DNA of 50,322 bases, counting the filler, from Bipalium vagum (taxonomy: Eukaryota): the NCBI GenBank assembly GCA_037834085.1. It is 2 parts of 2 records of this genome, joined end to end, with 100 filler letters (N's around TTAATTAATTAA, not from the genome) between each part and the next. Parts side by side here need not be neighbours in the genome. Positions count along the whole stretch, not along the records: positions 1 to 31,152 come from JBBMKC010257794.1; 1 more part is not named here. One strand, written 5' to 3'. A program made the position numbers and the translations under genes. The notes under the pieces are model-generated. The model was not told the origin of the DNA. It ran no database searches and saw only the letters and a list, made by a program, of their open reading frames with translations. Below, one piece after another: positions 1 through 17,000 of the stretch (positions are counted from its first letter, which is position 1; each line of letters opens with the position of its first letter).

Positions 1-1129
1 ATTATTAAAATCAAATTCCGGGTTTTAACTTTTACAAATAAATAAAATTACACAAATTATATATTGTTTTTTATACAACAAATGAATCACTAAATAATCA
101 CTAAATGATCACTAAAATGTTTAAAATCAATAATGTTATTGTTTTGAGGGTTTTGATTGTTTTGGCTGGATTGTCGTTTTTGAAAGGTTTGATTGAATTG
201 ATTGGTCCGAAGGTGGGAGTCTCCACATATTTATTATATTATTAATTTTGTTACTATTATTATTTAGGTCTTTTCATAAGTGTTGTTGCTTTTCATTAGC
301 AGGTAATTATAAAATAAATATGATAAAATATAAACATGTGTTGGAATCTGTTGAGGTTTGACTCCTATCTTTAACTCTCTGTAAATACAATTTATGGCGA
401 AAATAAAATTTAAATAACAAATTAAAATTAATTAATTAACAAATTTAAATAATAAATTATGTAATTCCAATTAATTAAATAAATTTTTAAAAATTATTTA
501 AAATATTATTTTATGAGCAAATACTGATTTTTAATCAGTAGCATGTCACCCTAAAGTTCTTTAATTATAATTTTTGGGAAATTTTAGAATTTAAAGTTAT
601 TTTTAATAAAAATTAATTATAGAAAATACATCATGATTAACTGGTCAATCAGAGACGATAAAATAAACTGCAAAATAGTATAAGCCAGCAAAATTCATTA
701 TTTTCTCCCAGAAAATTAACTAAGAAAAAATGTATGATGTTTCTTAATAGTTTTATTTTGTAACCAGGGTTTTTCCTGGAATCGCTTTTAATTACAGTGT
801 GCTTAGAGTCTCTGAGTAGTTTGTTATTTGACTGCCTGTTGCAGTTTTTTTATAGTGACTGCAGTTTTATTGTTGTAAATAAAAATGATCTCATCCTCAT
901 TTTATTTAATAATTTTTAGAGTGTTTATATTTTGTTAGAGGGTGAGATTGCGAGCTCTTTGGGTAGGCTCACAGCAGCCTCAGTATAGGTCAGGTGAGCT
1001 GGGCAAGAGTTTCGTCAACAAATCTATGAAATCAATTCAGGTTTTTTTAATTTTTCATATTATTTATTTAATTATTCAAAAAATTATAAACGATCAAGCA
1101 ATTAGTAACAAGATAATAAATGATCAAAC

Positions 1130-1605
1130 AACGATAGACCATGTTTGAAATTACATTATTTATGAATTTCGAACCGAAAAAAGGTTACTGAATGTAATTT
1201 ACAGCATTAATGCAGTGTATCCTAATACATTGGACTTCAGAATATGTTAGAGTTGGTTTTCCAGATTTACAGAAGATGATTTCGATTTAGATGATTTTAG
1301 ATTCAAGTTCCGGACGTCCTTTTAATACCAATGAGGAATTGCTATGGCAATTAAATCAGGAAAATCAACATTGAACATTGACGGAGATGAAAACTGTAGA
1401 GAATTCGGTGCAGTGACACTATCCCGTCATTAAGAGACAATTGATAGGATTTTTAAAACCGCAAATTTGGTTTATTATCAATTGACAGATTTACAAGAAT
1501 TTTGTGACTAACAATCTTTACGTTACTGCTTTTTAGATATCAGAAGGATTCGCTATTTTATCAGATTTTTATTGGAAATGAAAACTAGCTGGCATATGAC
1601 AAATC
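1130..1605 (+). mobile_element. Decayed mariner transposase, N-terminal HTH to first catalytic D
   Basis: IIYEFRTEK...SWFSRFTEDDFDLDD...SSGRP and FYQIFIGNEN*LAYD resemble mariner WFQRFKSGDFDLED..RSGRP and RIVTGDEKWIYYD. Many stops. Confidence 0.7.
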
Positions 1606-1619
1606 TGCTTCTCAACTGG

Positions 1620-1960
1620 AATTCAAACCAATTCTCTGGTGAATCGTCAGCAGTTCCAGGCTAGCATTATAATACTACGCTAGTTTGATCCTTAATTATT
1701 GTTTTTATAGTGTGTCCCATCTATGTAATCAACGTCTCCGCTGGAATTTGACTCAGCAGGATTTGATTTACTATTATCTCATATCTTCCTGGTGAAAAAG
1801 ATGCAGGAGACAATCATGGCAATCTACTTTTCTTGTAAAGATTGATTCATGGATACATAAGATGCGAGTAATTGTTCCTGTGGCTTCCTCCAGATTGCTT
1901 TTAGTACTGATGATTCAAAACATTTTACTATGAAAACTTACAAAATAATAATTGCAAGTA
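1620..1960 (-). mobile_element. Probable Tc1-like transposase relic
   Basis: IWRKPQEQLLASYV...MIVSCIFF...YIDGTHY resembles Tc1 VWRKPGE..., VMVWGCF and IDGTMN. Heavily degraded. Confidence 0.45.
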
Positions 1961-3863
1961 CTTTAAAAATTCAGTTTTACAATTACTTGCTTTAACGATC
2001 AAACATTTCTAATTACAGTTGTTTTTAACAATATTCTTTGGTACAATTACTATCAAAAATAATATTATTTATGTCTGTTTAAACTGATTGTAATAGGATT
2101 TTTCCGAAATCCGATTCATCGAGTTTCTTGTTCTGAAAATAACCAGGAATTATCCATTATTTCTCTAAAAACTACATTACCCTCCCTATTGTGATTAATT
2201 ACCGACCTTTTTACTTACTCCAACATTTTAGTTCATAAATCAACCCCAATAAAATATTGAAAATTTTATTTTAAGATTTATTATTAAAATTAAATTTATT
2301 TAAAATTACTTAATATTATTAACTATTAAATAAGATTCCTCCAAATTTTAATTACTAAATCACAAAAATTTTAATTTTTCCAAAAATACGTAGTATCTAA
2401 AATTTTAATTTCCATCTTATTATTTGAAATTTAATAAAAAATTTTATTATTTAATATTTTTTCTTGTGATAAAATAATTTATAAATATTTAATATTGATT
2501 TATTGTCCTTCTAAGTATTTTAACCTTTTAAAATTCGTACGGGATTCTAATATAATAGAAGATAATTGTTTTATTTTATTAATTTTAATAACTTAATGAC
2601 TACTATAAATTTTAAATTTTTATATTTTTTCGATTATCAAATTAATTTTCATTTGCTTTGTATTATTCAAACAGTTTCATAATTGAAATTTCGTTAATTT
2701 TTGTATATCTACAAAACTTAATACTGAATGACTTACACAGTTTATATTTTTTAAAAACAAATTAAAATTTTGTTTGATTAGAATTTTTAATTGAAAAATT
2801 ATTTAAAATTTATAAATATTTATATATTAATATTCCTTTATTTAATAAAACTTTTTTAATAAATTAAATCCATACTCTTGTGAATTTTATCAAATTAAAA
2901 ATTACAAACTTTAACAAGAAATAAATATATGCTTTCTTTAAAGAACTCTTTCATATTTCACCAAAAAATATATTAGTATTAATCATTTAAATACTGCTCT
3001 GCATAATGAAATTACTTGAATCAGATAAGAGAAATAGTTACTTGCGGAGAAATACAAATAAAAATTCAGACTTTTCTAAAGAACCATTCAAAAAACAAGA
3101 ATTAATTGGTGAATTAAAATAGTAATGCTTGTTTTATTTTTAAAAGAAATTTAAAACATCTATAAATAATGTTTCCAGTTATCCCATAACGATCTGAAAA
3201 GTAATATTTGTAAAACAAACGAAACAAATGGTATTGTATACTGCAAAAAACGAAATACGATTCTATTCTATACATAAATAAATTCTTCATTACAGACCAG
3301 CCATCCATTAAAAATAATATAACTTATACATTTTCTAATTTTACACAAATCACTCACCAAATGATGAAACCATTAACTGAAAAATTAGAGATGTAAAACA
3401 CAACTCTAGAATTGAAAAATAAAAATCGAAATATTTTCAGTAAATTAAAATATGTATTGATTGAATAATTTTTTCAAAATGAAATATAAACACCACATTC
3501 CATCAAATGAAAATGTAATTCAGTAATGTAATGTAAGTAGTTAATACTGATACTGATAACAACTATAATTAATAAACCATACATAAGAAATTTATTATTC
3601 TTTTCAATATAAAAACAATTGAAATATTGAATGATTAATGATGTTATAATATAGTGAAGTAATACCATTCTATTTTGTTTAAGACCAAATACCATAGTAA
3701 TCATCATCATCGTTATGATCATCAGATTTAAGAGTAAAGATCATCGAGATGAAATCATTTTTAATGTCAATATATATTTACCATCCATAACTTCATAGTC
3801 AGTCAGTAGGATGACATAGCTTTTATATTTAGAATATATATAAATAATTCTCTGATTGATCTT

Positions 3864-7707
<3,844 letters not shown>

Positions 7708-10006
7708 TATTTGTTTTGATTATATTAGCAATAGTTTTTAATTTATTTTTTATTATTTAGTGCATTAAAACATTAGATGGAATGTTCAAAGTATATTTTA
7801 ATTTTTATTTAAAGAAAATTAAAATATGGCATAATAAATAAAAAATACTTTTTAGATAAATTAATAGTTTTATTCAGATTTTAATAATTAATAATAATTA
7901 AAAATTTTGTTACTACTTGTGTCATTATGTTATATTCAAATATAAAGTTAGTTTTAAATTTTTAAGACAGAATGTCTCAAAATACTACCACTTTTTTAAA
8001 AATAAATAATTAAATTAAAATGATATTATTGAGTCAAGATAATTATTAAATTTTTATAAAAATGTAAAAACACCATGTAAACTATTTACAACTTATGAGA
8101 TACAGACTATAACATCAATTTACATTAATTTGGTCACGTATGTGAACAAAAAAGAAATCAATCATGGTTAAAACATTGTTGATATCGGTAAGCGATTGAA
8201 AGGCAAACATTCATAATCATTTCTTTTGGGATTTTAGACATATTAACAATGCTTCTAGTTCAAAGTAGTCAGTGATGTTGTGACATAAACTTTTTCTTTC
8301 ATATAACTCGAGAAGAAAAAATATATTAGCGTAAAGTATTTTGATTATGGAGTAAATCCATTTAAATATCTTTTAACAATCCACGTGTTTGGCAGCTTAT
8401 TGTCGAGATTTTTCCTCAGTTCACTATGTTAATAAAGCTGGTGCACTGTCTTACTAGAAATAAAAACTCTTATCTCCAAAATCTTTAATTTTTGCAAGAA
8501 ATTTAAATAATTCGCAGCAGTTATCGTACTGTCAAAGAAAAAAGGTCCCAATTACTTGATAATATGAAAGACTACATCAAATTGACACTTCTGGTTAAAT
8601 AATACTACGTTGGACCGTAATGTCTGAATTTCAAGTACCCCAATAAGTAAAACCATAGTGATTCGAAATGCAAAGTTAAAAAAGGAAAAAGTTAGGTATG
8701 CCACTGCTCAGTAGAGACAGTTATAATTACTAATTGATTGAAATTAAAATTAGTATATTTTTTTACATTATAGAAAAAAACTATGAAAAATAACTATGAA
8801 GACTCAATTATCTTTGTGAATTGTCTTTTATCTTTCTAATCATATCAAAAGATGATGCATAGTAAATAGAATTATTCAAAAATTATATATATTCTGCTAT
8901 TCTCAATTTCAGAAAAAATCCTTCAAAAAATGCTAGTTTTTTTTGCTTTAATTAATTAATTTTAACTTTAATTATTAAAATAATAATTAAATCGAAAATG
9001 ATATAACAAAACTAGAGATTAAGACCACTATCCATTTTGTTAGACACCAATTATGATTTTGTATAAAGATACCATCATAACCTTTTAATGTAATCAATAT
9101 TAATTTAATACGATATTTAGATTAGTTAACAATCATTAGAAGTTGAATAAAAGAAAAAAATTTCACTTCATAATAGCTGAAGAGCAAATCTTATAAAACT
9201 AAACAAAAAGCAACATACAAGTTTTTTAAAAAATAAAACACTAAAATATTAAATTTTATGAAAAATATTTTTAATTTAATATCAGAATATGGCTGATAAA
9301 TTTTTATTTCTGTGCAGTTTATTTAATATTGAATGCATTTGATAAAACTTAGGTTTTTATTTAAATATTTTAATTTAGAAAATCGATATATTTTAATAAA
9401 TAAAAATATATTGTTTTATTTTAACTGAAGTTTTAATTTTTATAATATAGTAGACGATTTTTATTGCAACATAATAATGTTATTTCAAAATAATCTAAGA
9501 AAATAATTTTAAGAATTATGAAAATTGTACATAATTTATTCATCTTTATAAATTAATTTTTTTAATTTTTACTGTTATTTTTATTTAAATTTATATATTC
9601 ATTTATTATATTATAATTTTATAACTGATTGATATTTATTTAAATGAAATTTCAAAAGAATTTTTAAAAATCAAAATTAAAAAAATAAATATATTGTAAA
9701 ATACTTAATTATTATCACATAAGAAATTTTTGAGCATATAATTAGTTATCTCGAGTAAAACAAAATATTAAATATTAATTGTAAATATTAATAGTGAACT
9801 TAGATTTTAATTTTTTCGAAAAATTCAAAATTATCTTTATAATTATTTCTGTTTTAATTTAAATAAACATAATTTAAAAATTAAAAAATGAAAGTTTAAG
9901 AGTTTAAGGTCCTTTTTTAAAACGCAAAGAAATTCTTTTAAAAAGTAATATTTTCAGGAAATTTGTTTAAATAATGATTAAATAGAAAATAAAATTTAAG
10001 TATAAG
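7708..10006. promoter_or_regulatory. Divergent intergenic region between the two PP1 start codons (possible bidirectional promoter)
   Basis: The ATGs at 7707 (-) and 10007 (+) point away from each other, 2.3 kb apart. No specific promoter element was identified. Confidence 0.45.
8135..8710 (-). mobile_element. Decayed rosa-like (DD41D-type) transposase, catalytic half
   Basis: TYWGT*NSD...LGPFFFDSTITAANYLNFLQ, FYF**DSAPA and LDNKLPNTWIVKR...FFFSSYMKEKVY resemble IIGPFFFEGTVT, WFQQDGAPAH and FPNRWIGR...DFFLWGYLKEKVY. Confidence 0.65.
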
Positions 10007-11087
10007 ATGGAAAATACAAATTCACCTACTCATGATTTCTTAGATAACTGTATAAATAAATTGATGAAAAGTATTTAGAAAAAAACTTATTATTTATTTA
10101 ATGATTTCATTTATATTTAGTTGGAGAGAAAACAAATAAAAAGAAGCAGCTTCCTGGAAAGATTTGTGACAACTCTTTGACTTTTCAAGAAATCCAAAAA
10201 TTATGTCAATTGGCAAAAGGTGTGTTTAGAGAGCAACCAGTTTTGTTGGAATTACTTACTCCTGTGAAAATTGCTGGAGATATACATGGTCAATTTACTG
10301 ATTTATTGAGACTTCTTGAATATGGTGGTCTTCCACCATCATCAAGCTACTTGTTTTTAGGTGATTATGTAGATCGAGGTGCTCAGTCAGTGGAGACAAT
10401 TTGCTTATTATTTGCTTTCAAAGTTAAATATCCTGAAAACTTTTTCCTCTTAAGAGGAAATCATGAATGTTCAAATATAAATAGGTTTTATGGGTTTTTA
10501 GATGAATGTAAAAGAAAATATAACATGAAAATTTACAAAACATTTACCGATTGCTTCAACTATCTTCCTCTTGCTGCTGTTATTGATTCAAAAATATTTT
10601 GCTGCCACGGAGGTAAGACTTTTTATAACTCATTACTAATATTTATTATTTAAAGGAATATCCCCACACTTGAACGATATTAGCATTATAAATAAATTTA
10701 AAAGGCCTGCTGAAGTTGGAGATTATGGATTTGAATGTGACTTATTATGGTCTGATCCTTCAAAATTTGTGGATTACTATGGTGCAAATGAAAGAGGGGT
10801 CAGCTATTGTTTTGGAAAAAAAGCCCTTTTGGAATTTCTTGAAAATAATGATCTGGAACTTGTATGTAGAGCTCATCAAGTCGTTCAAGATGGATATGAA
10901 TTCTTTGGTAATAGGAAGCTTGTCACAATCTTTTCAGCCCCAAACTATTGCAACGAATTTGATAATGCAGCTGCGCTTATGAGTGTTGATGAAAACTTAC
11001 AATGTTCATTTCAAGTAAATATTTGACTTTTTTTATTTTTCATAATTTAAAAATATTATTTTTCAGATTCTCAAGCCAACCAATTAA
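10007..11087 (+). CDS. PP1: Divergent PP1 catalytic subunit paralog lacking the C-terminal tail (311 aa), 4 exons
   Basis: Exons 10007-10070, 10121-10612, 10656-11014 and 11067-11087; introns 50, 43 and 52 nt, all GT-AG; 936 nt total, no internal stops. Translation runs [35 protein letters not shown]...GDIHGQ...GDYVDRG...LRGNHE...CCHGG...[13 protein letters not shown]...SAPNYCNEF...[10 protein letters not shown]. Confidence 0.93.
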
Positions 11088-12164
11088 TTCTTTTTAATAG
11101 AGATTTCTATTTATCTTTAGTCAAGATATATTTTTATAAAGCTATAATATATATATATATATATTGAAAATTATTGTTTTGATTGGATATTTAAAAACTG
11201 TGCGGCTGAATTTTATTAGTCAGAGTTAAACATTGATTTTATTGACTGATATTTACAAATACATTGAGGCATTTAATTTTATAAATTGATATAATTTTAA
11301 AAAGATTTTTTATAGGTTTAATTTTTTTTAAAATTGACTGTCTACTTGAACAATCTACGTGATCTTTTCAACATTTTCTAAAATAATAAAAATGAATTGT
11401 CAATAAAAATTTCTTCAACACACAATCAAAAATCGATCACACTAAAAGTCACTTAGAAAAACCTTAACAGTACAGTACCCGTCGTAGCTCCTGTCACATA
11501 GAAGACATAAGTACAATATTAACTGTTAAGGGCTTCAAACGTCTCTTAGAATTTTGTGGCAATTCACTTCGGACTCCAACTATTTAAATACTATTTTGGT
11601 CATATCAGTCGTAAACTTGCTTGATTTATGGGGAATGTTAATTCCCCTTTTAGATCTTAAATTATAAATCGGTCACTAAAACCTGTTCTAATCTTACTAA
11701 TTTAACTTCACCATTGTCAAGATTAGGACCTTATAAAAAATAATAAATTGACTTTTATCTTTTTAATTAAATTTTCATCATTATTTTATTATTATTACTA
11801 CTACACTTCTGACCCTTTTGTGGTCTTAATAATTAATCTAATAATCTAGACACTTTTGTTGCGTTAACATGTAATTTTTGTATCAGAGTTAACTGGGATA
11901 TCTTTGACTAATCCGTCAGAATTTTGATTTTGAAAATCAATAGAATTTTGATTTTTCATTAATCAGTTTTGAGTAGTTTCAGGTTGTTGAATTTTATATG
12001 ATTTTCGTGTGACAGGAATTAACTATAGGTACTGTGAGGGCTTGGTCGTTTTAATCAAATCGGTTTGTATCATGTAACAATCCAAAGACAAATCAACATC
12101 TAGCCATATTCTGTTATTATTTTTTCACAATCATAGAAAAATTGATTAATTAACTGTTTGTGAT

Positions 12165-12927
12165 TAACGTCCGCAGACTGCAAGGATCAAAGTATAGTCC
12201 AAAATATACCACGAAAATGGTGAAATTTGGAGGTAATAGTATAATGGTTTGGGGTGCAATTAAAGAAAATAGCACCAGAGTTCTGGTAAGGTGTCTGAAT
12301 ATGATGAATTCAGATGCCTACAAGGATTTCTCCAGATATATGATGCAGAGAATATATTTCAACTCCATGCCACAAATCAATATTGGTAAATTCTTTTTTG
12401 GACATGAAAAAATCTGGGTACTCAGTGATTGGCCGATTTAATCGCCAGATTTGAATATAATTGAGCCGTTATGGGCTGACCTAAAAGCCAGAGTCCAGAG
12501 CTTGAAGGCCGACAAATATTGAGGCACTGTGGAAAAATTTGAAGGATCAGTGGGCTCCAACATCTAAAATTAAAAATCTATATGAAAGCATGCCAAGAAG
12601 GATGCAAGAGGTCATTGAAAATAAAGGTACTGAATTCGAGTATCGCGATTGTTCATGAGGTTGACTTTTTATTATTATGTGTTTGATCATTTGAAATGTA
12701 AATAAAAGATACTTTATTGACGTTTTAGTCTTGTATTCAAAATGACTTAAAAACTGATGTTTCTGAACAAATCTGTTTTTCTACATTTCCAAAAATTTTA
12801 CTTTGGGAATTTTTGATTGGAAACATATTTTATCATATATTTAAATATAGACAGGATTAAAGATTTAAAGTAATCATCATTTTATCGAAATTTTAGAGGT
12901 GGCCCAAAACATATGGACGGCATTGTA
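12165..12927 (+). mobile_element. 5'-truncated Tc1 element with right TIR and TA
   Basis: VKFGGNSIMVWGAI...DWPI*SPDLNIIEPLWADLK...SMPRRMQEVIENKG. The terminal GGCCCAAAACATATGGACGGCATTG (12901-12925) is followed by TA. Confidence 0.85.
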
Positions 12928-14099
12928 TTAGTAAAGCGCAACAATTTCAATTTGTCCTTAAATTCAAAATTTATAATTTAAAAATGCACTTTTTAATAAC
13001 TTTTGTAAAACCTGTCAAATTATCTGATTCAAACAGGATATATTAATTAAGAAATTGAGGTTTTTATAATTCTTTGTTCAGTGAATAATAGTCAACTATT
13101 ATTATATTTTATTATCTAAAAATCTTTTTGAATTTATTATTAACTATAATTATTTGAGAATTCATTAATGTAAGCATGTAATTAATTTATTATTCATTTA
13201 ATCTTGTGTTAAAATGCATATACCAGAAATATTTTCATTTAAGTATTTGAAAAAAAATTAATTTCTTTCGAACTTTTCGATTTTTTTTAAAGAACATTAC
13301 ATGTTTTGAAACCATATAACTATCCTCAAGAAACAATATAATTAATTATATGAACTACAAAAATAAAATTTATAATTAAAAATATTTAGTTTTACTTAAC
13401 TGATTTTATGAATTGTTTAAATATTTCACAATATAATTGAAAGAAGTTTAATGAAAAAAAATATTAATTCAAGTAAGTTTTATTTTTAATTTCCTTAATA
13501 AACGAAAATATATAAAATTTTCGATGAAATCGAAATAACTATAAATAATGATTTTTAATTAAAATCGACCATTGTTTTTCTACATCAATATAAATATATT
13601 AAATATAATTTATGAAAATCGTATAATGTGATTTATTTTTGTTTTCTATATTATTCACCAGTTTCAAATTTATTGAAGAGTTTATGTGTCTCAATTTATT
13701 TTAAGGTAGCTATTATTGATCATTGTTCTTTTTGGTTTAAATCAATTATTTTAAAGTTTTTAAAATCTAAAAATCTATTTGAATTGGTTTCAAATATAAA
13801 TCTTAGTAATTTATGAAAGTTTTACTTTTTCTAAAAATATATTTAATATTTTGATTTCTAAAAACAAATAAATAGATGACTATCATTGCACAATGTGTAC
13901 AACATTTAAGCCGTTTTATTATGATATTGCAATGTTTTATAAAATTTGACTGAGAAAACTAACAGAAATATTAGTATTTTGGTGAAGAAAGTAATTTAAT
14001 TATATTAAGACTAAAAATGTGAAATGAATCAAGTGTTTTACGATTTAATAATTCATTAGGATTATTTTCCTTTTGTTTCAGATTGATATTTTGGAAAAT

Positions 14100-17000
14100 A
14101 TGCAAAATTTAACAGTCAGGGAAGAAATCTACGAACAGTTTCTTGCATTTAAATCAAAAGTGAAACCTAATTTATCAAATGATGATTTCATCAAACTTTT
14201 AATGAACCGATTTGAAAGCTGTTGCTCGAAACTTAATTGTAACGGAACGTATTCGTGAGTATTATAATTGACAATTATTTCTTAAAATATGCTATTAAAA
14301 GATTTAAACTTAATTATTATTATTGATTTTGGATTGGAAAATTTTAATTATTAATTCACATATTATTATGATTAATCCGGTAAAATATTAATACTGGTAT
14401 TGATTTTAGAAATGGAGTGAGAGAAACTTCAGAAATCAATTCGTATGTAAGTCCAATTAAATATTTATAATTCTTATGTTAATAATAAAATATGTAAGTT
14501 CTTTCGTTCTGGCTGTGTATGCTTATTTTCTAGATTTGCTGATTTTATTTGTTTTCTTTCATTGCTTTTCTCTATATGATATAAATTAGTATATGTATAT
14601 ATCAGTAATTGTCGTAATGCGATTCGTCGTTTTGATAGCGGCAAACCAGCAGCAGCATCCATCATCATCAACATCATCAAGGCGGCGATTGTTGATGCAT
14701 CATCGATCGTACATATTAACCATATTTTATAATCTGACACACTAGTTTTTTATTTATTCATTATGTCGTCATTACCATTTTCTGCCTCTACTTCTACCAT
14801 TACTAATTTAATAAACTAACAAAGTAAATAAAAAAAATTAATAATAATCAATACATATAATCTCGAAATTTATTCGCGTTGAAATTTCAAACTATTTGCC
14901 AATTTTTGATTGTCCTGTGGATTTTTGTTTTCAAAATTGCAGAAATCTGTCTCTTGATGTCAAGAGTCGTAGTAGAGTTTTAATTTTTTTGTTATAAATT
15001 TCCTTTTCAAGATTTTCTCAACGGGAAACTCAGATTCTTAAATAATATTCTCATTGTGTTACGTTATTGACAATTTCCGAAGTGCAAATATTTTATGATA
15101 TTTGTTTTCTTATTTTACTTATTCCGTAAACTATAGATATATTTTGGAGAAATTTTATTATAAATGTACGTTTTCCTAACTGAATATTTTTTAAAGAGAT
15201 TATGTTTTTCAATATTTTATCTTTTTTACTAATATTAAAATTTTTTCTGTAATCTTTTACTTTTCAAATTATTCCTCTATTTTTGGGCGCCACAAACAAA
15301 TTCTTTGCTGACAGAAATCCCCATTGGATTTTTTATTTAAATTTAAAATTGAATAAAAATAATTTAATGTCGATGTTAAAATTGAAGTTGAAATTTATTT
15401 TTGATTTTTTTAGATTTTAAAAAAGCCATTTTATAGCGAGAAAAAGAAAAATATTATCTCAAAAAATGTACTTTAATGATATCAATATATTTACAAGTAT
15501 TAGAAATTTTAATTAAAAACATTTTCAATGTTTTTTATATTTCTAAAAAGAAATGATTGCAATAAATTTTGAATAATAATATTTTTTTATTTTAATTTTA
15601 TAAAAATAAATATAAATTAAAATGAGAGAGATTTAATTAAATTAAAAACTATAAGAATATTTCAATTTATTTAAAATAATTGACTGGAAAAATGTCAGAA
15701 TTTTTTACTTCATAACGTTTTAAAAAATTAAACCAAATCGCAAATTTTAATAAATTTTTAATATACAATTTAATTTCTTTATTTTATAAATAGTTTTACT
15801 TAAAATTTTATTTCATAAAAATCCCGATAATGCATATAATCCTTTTCATTAAATTGCTATGCGATCTCAGTCATCTCAAAATATAGTTTTATTTAATATT
15901 TTTTTCTGTTAAGTCATTGGTAAATTTATTTATGAGAATGTCATCCTTAAATTTTCGTTGAAGTCCATCGTTTTTTCTAGAATTATTTTTTAAATTGTAA
16001 AATTTTTTTTTGCTATGTGACTAAGAGTTTTAATACATGTGTTACATTTTATATTAGATTATAAGAAATTTTTGAATTACTGGTCAAATATTTTTTTATT
16101 GATCTGAATTATAGGTCTTCTTTATTTGGTTATAGATTTGGCATGGATTTTTCACGATTAGAAAATTTCCTTTTTATTTCATTGATCAAGTAAAATTAAT
16201 TTCGTGTCATATTTTCCATATCATTAGAAACAACGTATAATACCTGAAAATATACTAATTACAAATTATTATTTTACTTTATAGGTATTATACATAATTT
16301 CTTTGTTATTTGTACAAATTCATTTTAGAAAATAATTATTTTTGATATTGAATCAAAAACAATAGTTTATTAAAACTTAAGTAAAATCAATTTAAAAAGT
16401 TGTGAAAAGAAATTAGAAAGAAAAGTATTTCATTATTATAAACTAAGTATATTAGAAATAGTTTTCGATTTTGTGTACTTAATACAAAAATATTAAGTAA
16501 ACTTCATTGTTTGAAATTGTAAGAAATTTCCTTCTTCCATCTTTGTGAATGGAGATTGTCGAGATAGTTGAAAATAATGCATTTTACAATTGAGGAGATG
16601 ATGTTGAAAATAATCCAGCAATCATTTGTTTTCAAGACTAGTTTACAGAAAATTGAAACAAACGAATTTACATAATACTTTGTATTTTCTATTGAGATAA
16701 AAGTAGATATCATATATCGAACCAATCTATAATGTTGTTGATAAAATATATTCTTGAATAATTATCATAAGATATTAGTAAAGTTTTAATACAAATTCTA
16801 TGGTCAATTTACATAAAAATATTTCCTGTTATATTTACTATCACTACATTAAATAAATTTTGGGTCAAAGGAATTTTAATTGGGGATCTTAAAATTAAAA
16901 TTTCTCCATTATGGAATGTGTAACGAAATTAAAAAATAAGTGGTAATTGACAGTATTTTCCAAGAAATCAAAATATTTTAAAATTCCAAATAAAATAAAA

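Noticed and set aside
10716-10982. 88-aa ORF overlapping the PP1 paralog
   Set aside because: An alternative-frame shadow of the real exon, with no recognisable motifs.
14474-15324. Stop-codon reassignment to explain interrupted frames
   Set aside because: The three intact genes end in TAG, TAA and TGA and have no internal stops, so the standard code applies.
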